A stretch of DNA of 64,000 bases from Alphaproteobacteria bacterium MarineAlpha5_Bin5 (GCA_002938205.1 PTKZ01000003.1:23667-87666), one strand, 5' to 3'; counted from the first letter of the stretch, positions 50,049 to 60,224 are shown. The notes: generated by a model not told the origin, from the sequence alone. A program made the numbers and translations.

Positions 50049-51068
50049 ATGGAATTAATTACTGAATATATAACAGGAATAAGTAATCAATTTTTTGATC
50101 CAAAAAAAAGGGTTTTTTTAATTTATATACTTTTATCTATATTAATTGCATTTTTTTGGTTTGTTTTTTATAAAAAAAAATCTTTACTGAGTTCTTTTAA
50201 AAAAATTTTTGATAAAAAGGTATTTTTTTCAACATCATCAAAATCTGACTACAAAGTCTTTTTAATTAATCAAATGATAATGATGTTAATTTCACCTTTT
50301 TTAATAACGCAATTAGCTATTGCCACTACTCTATATTTTTATTTCCATACTATTAATTGGCTAAGTGTTGGTATGTATAGTAACACTTTGCCAATTGTTT
50401 TTATTTCTTTATTTACTATTTTTCAATTTACTCTCGATGATTTTAGTAAATTTATTATTCATCGTTTTATGCATAAGTGGCCAATTTTGTGGTCAATTCA
50501 TAAAGTTCATCATTCAGCAACAACTCTAACACCAATGACTGTGTTTAGAACACATCCGCTTGAGGGAATAATTTTTTCAATTAGAAGTTCAGTAACACAA
50601 GCTGTGAGTATTTCAGTGTTCTTTTTTTTATTTGGCAATAGTGTAGATTTATTTACAATTTTAGGTGTGAATATTTTTGTTTTTTTATTTAACATTTTTG
50701 GATCTAATTTAAGACACTCTCATATTGGAATTAGGTACTGGCAATGGTTAGAACATATATTAATTTCACCTGCACAACATCAGTTACACCATTCAATTGC
50801 AAGGGAACACCATGATAAAAATTTTGGATCTGCTTTAGCTTGCTGGGATTGGATGTTTGGTTCTTTGCATCATTCAATTGAATTTGAAAATTTACAAATT
50901 GGTATTAAAAAAAATCAAATAGAAAATAGCCATAGTTTATCTAGTTTATATGTTGGGCCATTAATTGAGATAAATAATTTTATTATTAAAAAATTTTTAA
51001 AAACCAAATCTAAATTTATAGAATTGTTTTCAAAAACGGGATTAGTCAATGATAATAAAATTAATTAA
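50049..51068 (+). CDS. Fatty acid hydroxylase/sterol desaturase superfamily membrane protein
   Basis: 339 aa with several hydrophobic segments and three His boxes: HRFMH, HKVHH and HQLHH. Confidence 0.8.
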   Translation: MELITEYITGISNQFFDPKKRVFLIYILLSILIAFFWFVFYKKKSLLSSFKKIFDKKVFFSTSSKSDYKVFLINQMIMMLISPFLITQLAIATTLYFYFHTINWLSVGMYSNTLPIVFISLFTIFQFTLDDFSKFIIHRFMHKWPILWSIHKVHHSATTLTPMTVFRTHPLEGIIFSIRSSVTQAVSISVFFFLFGNSVDLFTILGVNIFVFLFNIFGSNLRHSHIGIRYWQWLEHILISPAQHQLHHSIAREHHDKNFGSALACWDWMFGSLHHSIEFENLQIGIKKNQIENSHSLSSLYVGPLIEINNFIIKKFLKTKSKFIELFSKTGLVNDNKIN

Positions 51069-52068
51069 GTTTTTTTTATTTAATATTTCAATATTTTCTA
51101 CACCAATTTTATTTTCAAAAGAAATTAACATTTACTCACATCGTCAGCCTTTTTTAATAAATCCATTTTTAGATCTTTTTACAGAAGAAACGGGAATTAA
51201 AACAAATGTTATATACTCTAAAACAGGTCTGGCTCAACGACTAAAAGCAGAAGGTGAGAATAGCCCAGCCGATGTTATTCTAACTGTTGATATAGGTAGG
51301 ATATACATATATGATGATTTAAATCTTCTTGCTCCTGTAAACTCAGCAAAACTTATAAATAATATTCCAGTGTACTTAAGAAGTCCTAATAATACATGGT
51401 TTGGTCTTTCTAAAAGAGCAAGAGTTATAGCGATAAATAAAAACAAAATAAAAGATGGTGATATATTAAGAATTGAAGATTTAGCTGATAAGAAGTGGAA
51501 AGGTAAAATATGTTCTCGACCAGGTAGTCATGTTTATAATAGAGGGATTATGGCTTCTGTAGTGGCGGCTCTAGGTGAAAAGGAAGCTGAAGAATGGGCA
51601 AAGAAATTAGTAAATAATTTTGCCAAAAGACCCCAGGGAAATGATAGAGCTCAAGTCAAGGCTATACATGAAGGTGAGTGTGATATTGCTTTAATTAATA
51701 ACTATTATTTTGGGAAGCTTAAATTTTCTGAAGATCCTGAACAGAGAAAATGGGTGGACAATGTTAAATTAGTTTTTCCTAATCAAGGAGAAAATGACAG
51801 GGGTGCCCATGTTAATATTTCAGGCGGAGGAGTTGTAAAGTTTTCTAAAAATAAAGAGAATGCTTTGGCCTTGCTTGAATTCCTAACAAGTGAAAAAGCA
51901 CAAAAATTATATGGAGAGATTAACTTTGAATATCCTGTTAATCCAAAAGTATCACCAAGTGTAGAGCTTCAAAAATGGGGCAAATTTAGAGAAGATAATT
52001 TGTCTATAATAAAAATTGCCGAACTAAGTCCATTATCACAAAAGATAATTGATAGAGTGGGATGGTAG
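51049..52068 (+). CDS. fbpA: Fe(3+) ABC transporter substrate-binding protein
   Basis: 339 aa with a signal peptide. INIYSHRQPFL and the AfuA/FbpA/SfuA-like body are present. It overlaps the hydroxylase gene by 20 nt. Confidence 0.85.
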   Translation: MIIKLIKFFLFNISIFSTPILFSKEINIYSHRQPFLINPFLDLFTEETGIKTNVIYSKTGLAQRLKAEGENSPADVILTVDIGRIYIYDDLNLLAPVNSAKLINNIPVYLRSPNNTWFGLSKRARVIAINKNKIKDGDILRIEDLADKKWKGKICSRPGSHVYNRGIMASVVAALGEKEAEEWAKKLVNNFAKRPQGNDRAQVKAIHEGECDIALINNYYFGKLKFSEDPEQRKWVDNVKLVFPNQGENDRGAHVNISGGGVVKFSKNKENALALLEFLTSEKAQKLYGEINFEYPVNPKVSPSVELQKWGKFREDNLSIIKIAELSPLSQKIIDRVGW

Positions 52069-52086
52069 TTTATAATATAGATCTTT

Positions 52087-53694
52087 TTGTACAACTGGAA
52101 TAGTTCATCAACAGTAGCCATTATTTTAGCTACTCTAATAATTGCACCTATTGTTGCAATTTTTCTTTCTGCTTTATTTGGTGATACAACTTTATGGCCA
52201 CACTTGTTTTCAACAGTTCTTCCCAGATATGTATATAACACAATTGTATTAATGATTGGTGTGGGTGCACTAAGTTTAATTTTTGGTATTTCAAGCGCCT
52301 GGGTTGTAACAAGATATAATTTTTTTGGAAAATTTATTTTTGAATGGGCTTTATTGCTTCCAGCTGCTGTGCCAGCCTATATCATTGCTTATACTTATAC
52401 AGACTTTCTTGAATATGCAGGTCCAGTCCAAATATTACTTAGAGAAATTTTTGGTTGGGATAATTCAGGAGACTATTGGTTTCCTGAAATCAGATCAATG
52501 GGCGGAGCAATTCTTGTAATTTCATGTGTGCTTTATCCATATATATATATGATGACCAGAGCATCTTTTTTAACTGTACCTATTTCATTTTATCAAACTA
52601 GCTTAATTTATGGGCGGAATAGTTTTTTATCTGTTGCTTTGCCTTTAGCTAGACCTGGAATTTTTGCAGGCTTAGCACTTGTTTTAATGGAAACGATTTC
52701 AGATTTTGGAACAGTAGAATATTTTGCTTTAGAAACCTTAACGCTAGGTGTTTTTAATGTTTGGTTAGGTATGAATAGTTTATCTGGTGCGGCACAAATA
52801 TCTTCAGTGTTATTTATTTTTGTTGTTGTACTTTTAACAATTGAATATTTAGCCAGACGTCGTCAGAGGTTTCACGAAATTAGTAGTGGTCAAAATATGC
52901 TTGAATCTGAGAATTTAAGTAACTCAAAGAAATTGCTATGTTTTTTAATTTGCTTAGTACCCATTCTATTAGGTTTTGTAATCCCCGTTTTAATTTTATT
53001 AAATTTTGTTTTTAGTGGATTTTCTATTATTGATTTTAAAGAAATTTTTAGAACAGCTTTTACAAGTATATCATTGGCTTTTTTTGGATCTTTATTTGTA
53101 ATGCTTACATCAGTTTTAATGATGATTATTTCAAATTATAAGTCAAACAACTTTCAAAAATCGTTAATTTTTTTAGCTTCTTGTGGTTATGCTCTTCCAG
53201 GAACAATACTAGCTGTTGGAATAGTAATTTTTGTTGGATGGCTCAATCAAATAATACACTTTCAATTAAGTTACGTTTTGGGCGGCTTTATAGTATTAAT
53301 TTTTGCTTATATTACAAGATTTTTGGCAGTGGGAAATGCCGCTATTAGATCTGGTATTTTAAAAATTCACCCTAATGCTATGGATGCCTCACTAACCATG
53401 GGTGCTGGTTTTATGGATAGTATTAGAAAAATTATTATACCATTATTATTTACTAATATATTAATTGGAGGGATTTTAGTTTTTGTTGATATTTTAAAAG
53501 AGCTTCCTATTACTCTATTATTAAGACCTTTTAATTTTGAAACTCTTGCAACTTATGTCTATCAGTATGCTTCTGATGAATTATTACAAGAATCATCATT
53601 TGCTGCTTTAATTATTATTGTTGTAGGTTTGGGCCCAGTGATTTTTTTGAACTCTACACTTCAGCGTGTATCTAGAAAAAAACAAAGCAATTAG
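52087..53694 (+). CDS. fbpB: Fe(3+) ABC transporter permease (fused two-domain)
   Basis: 535 aa with a TTG start. It is a duplicated binding-protein-dependent permease fold of typical FbpB/SfuB size. Confidence 0.85.
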   Translation: MYNWNSSSTVAIILATLIIAPIVAIFLSALFGDTTLWPHLFSTVLPRYVYNTIVLMIGVGALSLIFGISSAWVVTRYNFFGKFIFEWALLLPAAVPAYIIAYTYTDFLEYAGPVQILLREIFGWDNSGDYWFPEIRSMGGAILVISCVLYPYIYMMTRASFLTVPISFYQTSLIYGRNSFLSVALPLARPGIFAGLALVLMETISDFGTVEYFALETLTLGVFNVWLGMNSLSGAAQISSVLFIFVVVLLTIEYLARRRQRFHEISSGQNMLESENLSNSKKLLCFLICLVPILLGFVIPVLILLNFVFSGFSIIDFKEIFRTAFTSISLAFFGSLFVMLTSVLMMIISNYKSNNFQKSLIFLASCGYALPGTILAVGIVIFVGWLNQIIHFQLSYVLGGFIVLIFAYITRFLAVGNAAIRSGILKIHPNAMDASLTMGAGFMDSIRKIIIPLLFTNILIGGILVFVDILKELPITLLLRPFNFETLATYVYQYASDELLQESSFAALIIIVVGLGPVIFLNSTLQRVSRKKQSN

Positions 53695-54737
53695 CTTTGA
53701 AACATGAATGTTTCACTTTGATCTATTTCAATTTCTACTGCAGATGATTGTTGGGGATTAAAATCAGGAGGCATATGACTATGAATATGTATCACTTCAT
53801 TGTTTTTGTCCAGAACTGATAAATGTATAAAACTGAAAGATCCAATTAGTTTTGACGCCATTACAGTACCTTTAATTCCGTTAACAGGGGTTGGCTGTTC
53901 ATTCAACTTTATACCTTTTGGTCTTATATGAACTTCAACTTTTTTATTTTCAAGATTATTAGGTGCTTTAATTTTTCCAAGAGGGGTATCAACAAATGAA
54001 TTATTTACAATGCCTTCAAACTTATTTGTTTCTCCAAAAAATTCAGTTACATAAGAATTATTAGGGTTATTATATAATTCTTCTGCCGTTCCTGTCTGTA
54101 TAATGTGACCAGATGTATCCATTATATTTATTTGATTTGAAATAAACATAGCCTCGAAAGGATCATGGGTAACTATTATTACAGACACATTTGATTTTTG
54201 AAGTAAATGTAATGTGTCATCTCTTACCTCTTCTCTTAAGTTTAGATCTAAACTTGAGAACGGTTCATCAAGTAATAACAAGTCTGGATTAGAAATAATT
54301 GATCTTGCTAAAGCTACTCTTTGTTGTTCACCTCCACTTAATTCATGAGGATATTTATTTAAAGAATTAGGAAGTTTGATTAATTCCGCCATATCTTCAA
54401 TAGTATGAGCAGAATTTTTAAAATTTATTGGATACTCAAGATTTTGTTTAACGGTTAAGTGAGGAAATAAGGCATAATCTTGAAATAAAAAACCAACCTT
54501 TCTTTTTTCTGTTGGTAAGTGATGAGTTAATGAACTAACTTCATTATCATTAATTGTAATGGAGCCTGATTGGACTCTTTCAAGACCAGCAATTAATTTT
54601 AAGAGTGTTGTTTTGCCACTACCTGACGGGCCAAGAATACAGGCTATGGTATCTTTTTTTAATTCAAAATTAATATTTTGAAGAATGGGTTGATTCTTTA
54701 TAGAATAATTAAGATTCTTTATTTTAACAGCTTCCAT
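53691..54737 (-). CDS. fbpC: Fe(3+)/spermidine-type ABC transporter ATP-binding protein
   Basis: 348 aa with the Walker A motif GPSGSGKTT, LSGGEQQRVALAR and a C-terminal TOBE-like domain. It is convergent with fbpB and overlaps it by 4 nt. Confidence 0.85.
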   Translation of the reverse strand: MEAVKIKNLNYSIKNQPILQNINFELKKDTIACILGPSGSGKTTLLKLIAGLERVQSGSITINDNEVSSLTHHLPTEKRKVGFLFQDYALFPHLTVKQNLEYPINFKNSAHTIEDMAELIKLPNSLNKYPHELSGGEQQRVALARSIISNPDLLLLDEPFSSLDLNLREEVRDDTLHLLQKSNVSVIIVTHDPFEAMFISNQINIMDTSGHIIQTGTAEELYNNPNNSYVTEFFGETNKFEGIVNNSFVDTPLGKIKAPNNLENKKVEVHIRPKGIKLNEQPTPVNGIKGTVMASKLIGSFSFIHLSVLDKNNEVIHIHSHMPPDFNPQQSSAVEIEIDQSETFMFQS

Positions 54738-55561
54738 TAGGCACTTATAGCAGGGTACTTAGCGTTAACAAGTGGTATCCATTCTTTTAATTTTTTTATA
54801 CGATTATCTGGTGAAGGATGAGTGCTAAAAAATTCAGAAGGTCCAGAGCCGCCAACATCTTCTTTCATTCGTTCCCATACTTTATATGATTCATTAATAT
54901 CATATCCTCCTAAACTTGAAAAAATTAATCCTAAATAGTCAGCTTCTGATTCTTGTTTACGATTAAAAGGAAGATCTAATCCAAATTGACGAACATATCC
55001 AGCTGCTTTTGGTAGTCTTTGACCTAAGACTAGTTGTTCTAAAGCCATTGTTCCCACATCTGCTAAAATTGCTGTACTTGCTCTTTCAGCTGAGTGTCTT
55101 GCTACGGCGTGGGCAACTTCATGGCCCATAATGGAAGCAATACCATCTTGATTTTTTGCAATCGGCAAAATACCTGAATAAAATGCAATTTTACCTCCAG
55201 GCATACACCAAGCATTTTTTGTTTGATCATCATCTACTAATACAAATTCCCATTGAAAGTTTGATGTTGGATTTTCTAGATTGTTATATTGATAATACGC
55301 ATTGATAGCATCACGGATTTTATATCCTATTTCTACTATCTGATCATATTCGGCAGTACCAGTAATCAATTTAGTTTGCGATTTAAAATTATTATAAGCA
55401 GGAAAAGTTTTTGAATAAAGAAAATCATCAGACAAAATATTAAATTGTTTTCTATCTGACATAGCTACTTCAGTGCATGCAGGTAGCAATAAGCCACTTG
55501 CGCATGTGCAACCAGCTGTGTAAATAAATTTTCTTCTTGATAAATGTATTAATTTTGACAT
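54737..55561 (-). CDS. M48 family zinc metallopeptidase with Tat-like signal
   Basis: 274 aa. It has HEVAHAVARH (HExxH) and a downstream ESEAD. The N-terminus LSRRKFIYTAGCTCASGLLLPAC resembles a twin-arginine signal with candidate lipobox cysteines. Its stop overlaps the fbpC start by 1 nt. Confidence 0.8.
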   Translation of the reverse strand: MSKLIHLSRRKFIYTAGCTCASGLLLPACTEVAMSDRKQFNILSDDFLYSKTFPAYNNFKSQTKLITGTAEYDQIVEIGYKIRDAINAYYQYNNLENPTSNFQWEFVLVDDDQTKNAWCMPGGKIAFYSGILPIAKNQDGIASIMGHEVAHAVARHSAERASTAILADVGTMALEQLVLGQRLPKAAGYVRQFGLDLPFNRKQESEADYLGLIFSSLGGYDINESYKVWERMKEDVGGSGPSEFFSTHPSPDNRIKKLKEWIPLVNAKYPAISA

Positions 55562-55588
55562 TTACTATCTAAATATAAAAAAATTCAT

Positions 55589-56569
55589 ATGAACTCAACT
55601 AATCAAATTCAAAAAGCAGAAATTCATGTACATCTTGAGGCTACAATTACCCCAGATTTATGCCGTAAATTTGCCCATCGGAATAAAGTAGACTTACCAA
55701 AAGATATTTTTGGCAATAAATATGCTTATGAATGGTGGGATTTTTATGATTTTATTAAAAAATATGATTTAGTCACATCCGTTATTCATACCCCAGAAGA
55801 TTATAGAGAATTAACTTATGCATATTTAAAGGAGTGTGCTTCATATAATGTCATTTATGTAGAGGCTATGGTCTCTTCAACTCATGCCAAACTAAAAGGG
55901 ATGACATATGATTCATTTATAGAAGGTGTATATGATGCATCTAAACAGGCAGAAAAAGATTTTGGTATCGTATCTCGCTATATTATGAATGGTATCCGTC
56001 ATTTAGGAGCTGATTCAGTTCATAACACTGCGGTTGAAGTAATAAAAAATCCGCATCCATGCCTTGTGGGTTTTGGTTTGGCTGGAGATGAATTACATTT
56101 CCCGCCTAATTTATTTGTAAAAACATTTGATATGTTAAAAGCAGAAAATATTCCCATCACAGTTCATGCTGGCGAATGGGACGGGCCAGAAAATATTCGT
56201 AATGCAATTAATTTATTACACCCAACTAGATTAGGACATGGTGTTAGGTCGATTGAAGACCCTGAACTTGTAAAAGAGATTATTGACAAAGATATTATTT
56301 TAGAAACATGTCCAACAAGTAACATTGCAACAAAAATTTATGAAGATTATAAGAGTCATCCTGTTAAATCTTTATTTGACCAAGGTGTGAAAGTGACAGT
56401 TAATTCCGATGACCCACCATTTTTTAATGCAACTATTCAAGGAGAATATAAAGTGATGGATGACCTTGGTCTTAATGAAAAAGAACTTACCTCACTAACT
56501 CATAATGCAATTAAATATTCTTTTTGTGATGAAGAAAATAAGAATAAGTTATTAGCTAAATTAAATTAG
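55589..56569 (+). CDS. add: Adenosine/adenine deaminase family protein
   Basis: 326 aa with EIHVHLE, TVHAGE and NSDDP motifs. Confidence 0.88.
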   Translation: MNSTNQIQKAEIHVHLEATITPDLCRKFAHRNKVDLPKDIFGNKYAYEWWDFYDFIKKYDLVTSVIHTPEDYRELTYAYLKECASYNVIYVEAMVSSTHAKLKGMTYDSFIEGVYDASKQAEKDFGIVSRYIMNGIRHLGADSVHNTAVEVIKNPHPCLVGFGLAGDELHFPPNLFVKTFDMLKAENIPITVHAGEWDGPENIRNAINLLHPTRLGHGVRSIEDPELVKEIIDKDIILETCPTSNIATKIYEDYKSHPVKSLFDQGVKVTVNSDDPPFFNATIQGEYKVMDDLGLNEKELTSLTHNAIKYSFCDEENKNKLLAKLN

Positions 56570-57530
56570 ATAGCTTTACCAGAGGTCTTCCGCCATAATG
56601 TGAAATTATCTCTGCAGCAGCAATGCTAGCATAATTTCCACAAGTTGATATATCTTTTTCTCTAGAAATACCAAACAACAATCCAGCAGCATAAAGATCA
56701 CCAGCCCCTGTTGTATCAACTACTTTATCTACTTGAATTGGGTTAATCTCTATTACGTTATCTTTTTCGACAATAACTGAGCCTTTCTCTGCTCTCGTTA
56801 TAGCAACAGTCATTTTTAAGGATTTTGCATATTCAACTGCACTATCAAAGTTTGACACTTCAGATTGAGCCATAATTTCATCTTCATTAGCAAAAAGAAT
56901 GTCTACATCATTCTCAATTAATTCTTTGAATGAGCTCCTATGTCTATCAACACAAAACAAATCTGACAAAGTAAAAGCAATTTGCTGATTATCTGCTTTG
57001 CAAATATCAACCATTTTTTTCATAGCTTTTTTTGCATTTTCATTATCCCATAAGTATCCTTCTAAATATGCTATTTTATGATTTTTTATGTGTTGATCAT
57101 TAATATCATCTGGCCCAATTAAAGTTCCTGCACCTAAGAATGTGCACATTGTTCTAGTTCCATCTTCTTCTACGAAAATTGTACAACAACCAGTTGAAAT
57201 ATCAGGTGAAGTAAAACCTAAAGGAAATTGCAAACCTTCTCTTACCATATCCTTTTGAAGAAAAACTCCAACTTCATCATTTTTTATCTTACCAATAAAA
57301 CTACCATTTCCTCCAAAGGAAGTTATACCAAACATTGAGTTTCCTAAAGATCCTCCTCCAACCATTTCTTTAATGGAATAATTTTCATGCAAATTATTTT
57401 TTAAATTTTCATCAATAAGATTCATAGAATCTCTATTAATGTCATGCTTTTCAATTTCAACTTGAGTAGATTGAATTAGGGCATCAACCATTGCATTTCC
57501 AATTCCTACAACATCTAATTTACTAGTCAT
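56556..57530 (-). CDS. PfkB-family kinase, adenosine kinase-like
   Basis: 324 aa with DVVGIGNAMVD at the N-terminus and DTTGAGDLYAAG near the C-terminus. It is convergent with add and overlaps it by 14 nt. Confidence 0.7.
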   Translation of the reverse strand: MTSKLDVVGIGNAMVDALIQSTQVEIEKHDINRDSMNLIDENLKNNLHENYSIKEMVGGGSLGNSMFGITSFGGNGSFIGKIKNDEVGVFLQKDMVREGLQFPLGFTSPDISTGCCTIFVEEDGTRTMCTFLGAGTLIGPDDINDQHIKNHKIAYLEGYLWDNENAKKAMKKMVDICKADNQQIAFTLSDLFCVDRHRSSFKELIENDVDILFANEDEIMAQSEVSNFDSAVEYAKSLKMTVAITRAEKGSVIVEKDNVIEINPIQVDKVVDTTGAGDLYAAGLLFGISREKDISTCGNYASIAAAEIISHYGGRPLVKLSNLI

Positions 57531-58410
57531 ATTTTTTTCTCATGATTGGAACAAGCTGTACTATAAGTACTCCTGCAAATATTGCAACACATCCTAAAAC
57601 TTTATTAGTATCAAGAGTTTGATTTATTAATATCCAACCTGCTAGTGCTGCAAAGACGGCCTCCATAGATAATATAATCGCTGCTGGTGTTGGACTTGCT
57701 TTATGTTGAGCAATAATTTGTAAAGTATAACCTATTCCAGCTGATAAAATACCTGTGTAGAGAATTTCAAACCACTCAATTGAAATATTTTCTATTGTTG
57801 GATTTTCAAATATTAGAGCAATAAATAATGAAAGAATAAAAACAATTAGATATTGTGTACATCCAAACGTAAACGGGCTGTTTATTTTTTTCATAAAGAC
57901 ATCTATTAAAATTATGTGCAATGCAAAACAAAATGCAGCTAAAAATATTAATGAGTCAGATTTTTGTATCTCAATATTTTGATTTGAAGCAAGCAAATAA
58001 GATCCATATAAACATAACAATACCGCAATCCAAATAATCCAATGTAACTGGGTTTTAAAAATAAATCTTGAAATAATTCCAACTATCGGCACATATAGTG
58101 CTGTAAGAAAAGCGACATTAGAAATTTGTGAAATTTGTAAAGCATATTGTTGAAGACCCATTCCAAGAAATAAAACAAAACCAGTACTCAAAGATAAAAT
58201 TACTAATTTTTTGTTGCTAAAAATTTTTTTAAAATTTGAATATTCTAAAAAAAAAGCAAGAGGAAGTACTGTTAGTGTTGCAAAAAAAAATCTAGCAAAA
58301 CTAAATGTAAAAGGACCAATAGCGCCCATACCAGTTGTTTGAGCCACAAAAGCTGTACCCCATATGAACGTAGCTAATAGCATTAATAAATTAGCTTGAG
58401 TGTTCGACAT
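57523..58410 (-). CDS. DMT superfamily (EamA-like) transporter
   Basis: 295 aa with about 10 hydrophobic segments and two EamA-like halves. Confidence 0.8.
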   Translation of the reverse strand: MSNTQANLLMLLATFIWGTAFVAQTTGMGAIGPFTFSFARFFFATLTVLPLAFFLEYSNFKKIFSNKKLVILSLSTGFVLFLGMGLQQYALQISQISNVAFLTALYVPIVGIISRFIFKTQLHWIIWIAVLLCLYGSYLLASNQNIEIQKSDSLIFLAAFCFALHIILIDVFMKKINSPFTFGCTQYLIVFILSLFIALIFENPTIENISIEWFEILYTGILSAGIGYTLQIIAQHKASPTPAAIILSMEAVFAALAGWILINQTLDTNKVLGCVAIFAGVLIVQLVPIMRKKYD

Positions 58411-58421
58411 TATTGGTGATT

Positions 58422-60224
58422 TTATCGATTAAGTTTTTTTGCTTTTTCTTTATTTATCCACCAGGATTCAATTACTATGCCGTACAAAGATATTGTATCT
58501 GGGTATTCAAAGAAATCCCAGTAAGCAATTCGATCAATATTACTATGATACAGTGGTATAACATAATGCCCCCATAATAGCACTCGATCTAATGCGTGAA
58601 TAGCTGTTGTTAATTCCTCTCTTGATTGTGCACCAATTAATTTTTCAATTAAATAATCAACAACTGGACTATCTACACCAGCATAGTTTTTACTCCCATC
58701 TTTTTTGCCTACTTCTGACCCCCAATAGAATTGTTGCTCATTACCTGGACTTAAACTTACGCGCCATGAAGCCTTAATCATATCAAAATCATAATTCAAT
58801 AATCTTGCTTGATACTGAGAAGAGTCAACAGTGCGCACATTCATTGTAATACCTAGAACATCTAAGGTTTTTTGATAGGCAAGCGCAATACGTTCAACTG
58901 AAGGGCTGACAATTAAAAATTCAAACTCAAATATTTGTCCATCTTTAGTTAACTTGCCATCTTTAACAAACCAACCTTCTTCCTCTAAAATTTTTTTTGC
59001 TATTCTTAAATTTTCTCTAGGATTACCACTCCCATCAGATTTTGGAGGAGTAAATGTTGTTGTAAAAACTTCTCTAGGTAACTGATCTTGAAAAGGCTCT
59101 AACAATTCTAATTCTGCTTCAGATGGTAGGCCCGTTGATGCAAGAGGTGAATTGTCAAAATAACTATCTGTTCTAACATAAGCATTGTTATATAGTATCT
59201 TATTGATCCATTCATGATCATATGCATATGATAGAGCTAAACGTACACGTGAATTTTTGAAAATATCTTTTCTTGAATTAAAAACTAAGGCATTCATACC
59301 TGAAGGTCTATCATTGTCCATTTCATTTAATATAACCTTACCCTCTTTTACGGCATCAAATTCATATTCTGAAAACCAACGTTTAGCATTGTATTCTCTA
59401 CGATAATCATATTCACCAACTTTAAATGCTTCTACAAGCACAGTTGCATCTTTGTAATAATCGTAAATTATATGATCGAAATTATATTGACCTTTATTAA
59501 CGGGCAGATCTTTTGCCCAATAATTTTCAAGTCTCTTATATTTTATTTGCCTACCAGGATCTAAGTTTTCAATAGTGTAAGGACCACTCCCAATCGGAAT
59601 ATCTAAAAAAGTTTTTGTAACATCAAGTGTGCTATAATATTTTTTAGGAATTATAGGCAGAAAGCCGGCTATTATAAGAGGAAGTTCTTTATCTTCATTA
59701 TTTACAAAATTCATTTTTATTCCATTGCTTCCAATCATTTCTGTTGAAATAACTTTACCATATGTTTTTTTCTGATTAGGTGTCCCCTTAGTTGAAAATG
59801 TTTCTAAACTAAAAAGAACATCTTCACGAGTAATAGGAGAACCATCATGAAAGCGTGCCTTGGAATTTAAATAAAAAGTAATTGAAGATCGATCTTCAGG
59901 CATATCTGCAAATTCAGCAATAAGTCCGTATAAAGTAAATGCCTCATCCCAAACTCTTCTCATTAATGTATCATTAAGATAACCAAGACCTGCCGCTTTA
60001 GAACCTTTGAATGCAACTCTATTTAAATTATCAAAAGCGCCATAAGCACCAAATTTCACTGTTCCACCTTTGGGTGCATTAGGATTAACATATTCTAGGT
60101 GCAAAAAGTTTGCTGCATATTTTGGATCACCATGCATTGCAATACCATGTGATTTTTTTGCAGATACTGGATTACTTAAAGAAAAGAAAAATAAGATAAA
60201 TATAATAGGAAGTTTAGTTTTCAT
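58422..60224 (-). CDS. ABC transporter substrate-binding protein, family 5 (YejA/oligopeptide-like), orphan
   Basis: 600 aa with a signal peptide. Its size and pattern fit YejA-like family 5 solute-binding proteins. No cognate permease or ATPase gene is adjacent. Confidence 0.75.
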   Translation of the reverse strand: MKTKLPIIFILFFFSLSNPVSAKKSHGIAMHGDPKYAANFLHLEYVNPNAPKGGTVKFGAYGAFDNLNRVAFKGSKAAGLGYLNDTLMRRVWDEAFTLYGLIAEFADMPEDRSSITFYLNSKARFHDGSPITREDVLFSLETFSTKGTPNQKKTYGKVISTEMIGSNGIKMNFVNNEDKELPLIIAGFLPIIPKKYYSTLDVTKTFLDIPIGSGPYTIENLDPGRQIKYKRLENYWAKDLPVNKGQYNFDHIIYDYYKDATVLVEAFKVGEYDYRREYNAKRWFSEYEFDAVKEGKVILNEMDNDRPSGMNALVFNSRKDIFKNSRVRLALSYAYDHEWINKILYNNAYVRTDSYFDNSPLASTGLPSEAELELLEPFQDQLPREVFTTTFTPPKSDGSGNPRENLRIAKKILEEEGWFVKDGKLTKDGQIFEFEFLIVSPSVERIALAYQKTLDVLGITMNVRTVDSSQYQARLLNYDFDMIKASWRVSLSPGNEQQFYWGSEVGKKDGSKNYAGVDSPVVDYLIEKLIGAQSREELTTAIHALDRVLLWGHYVIPLYHSNIDRIAYWDFFEYPDTISLYGIVIESWWINKEKAKKLNR

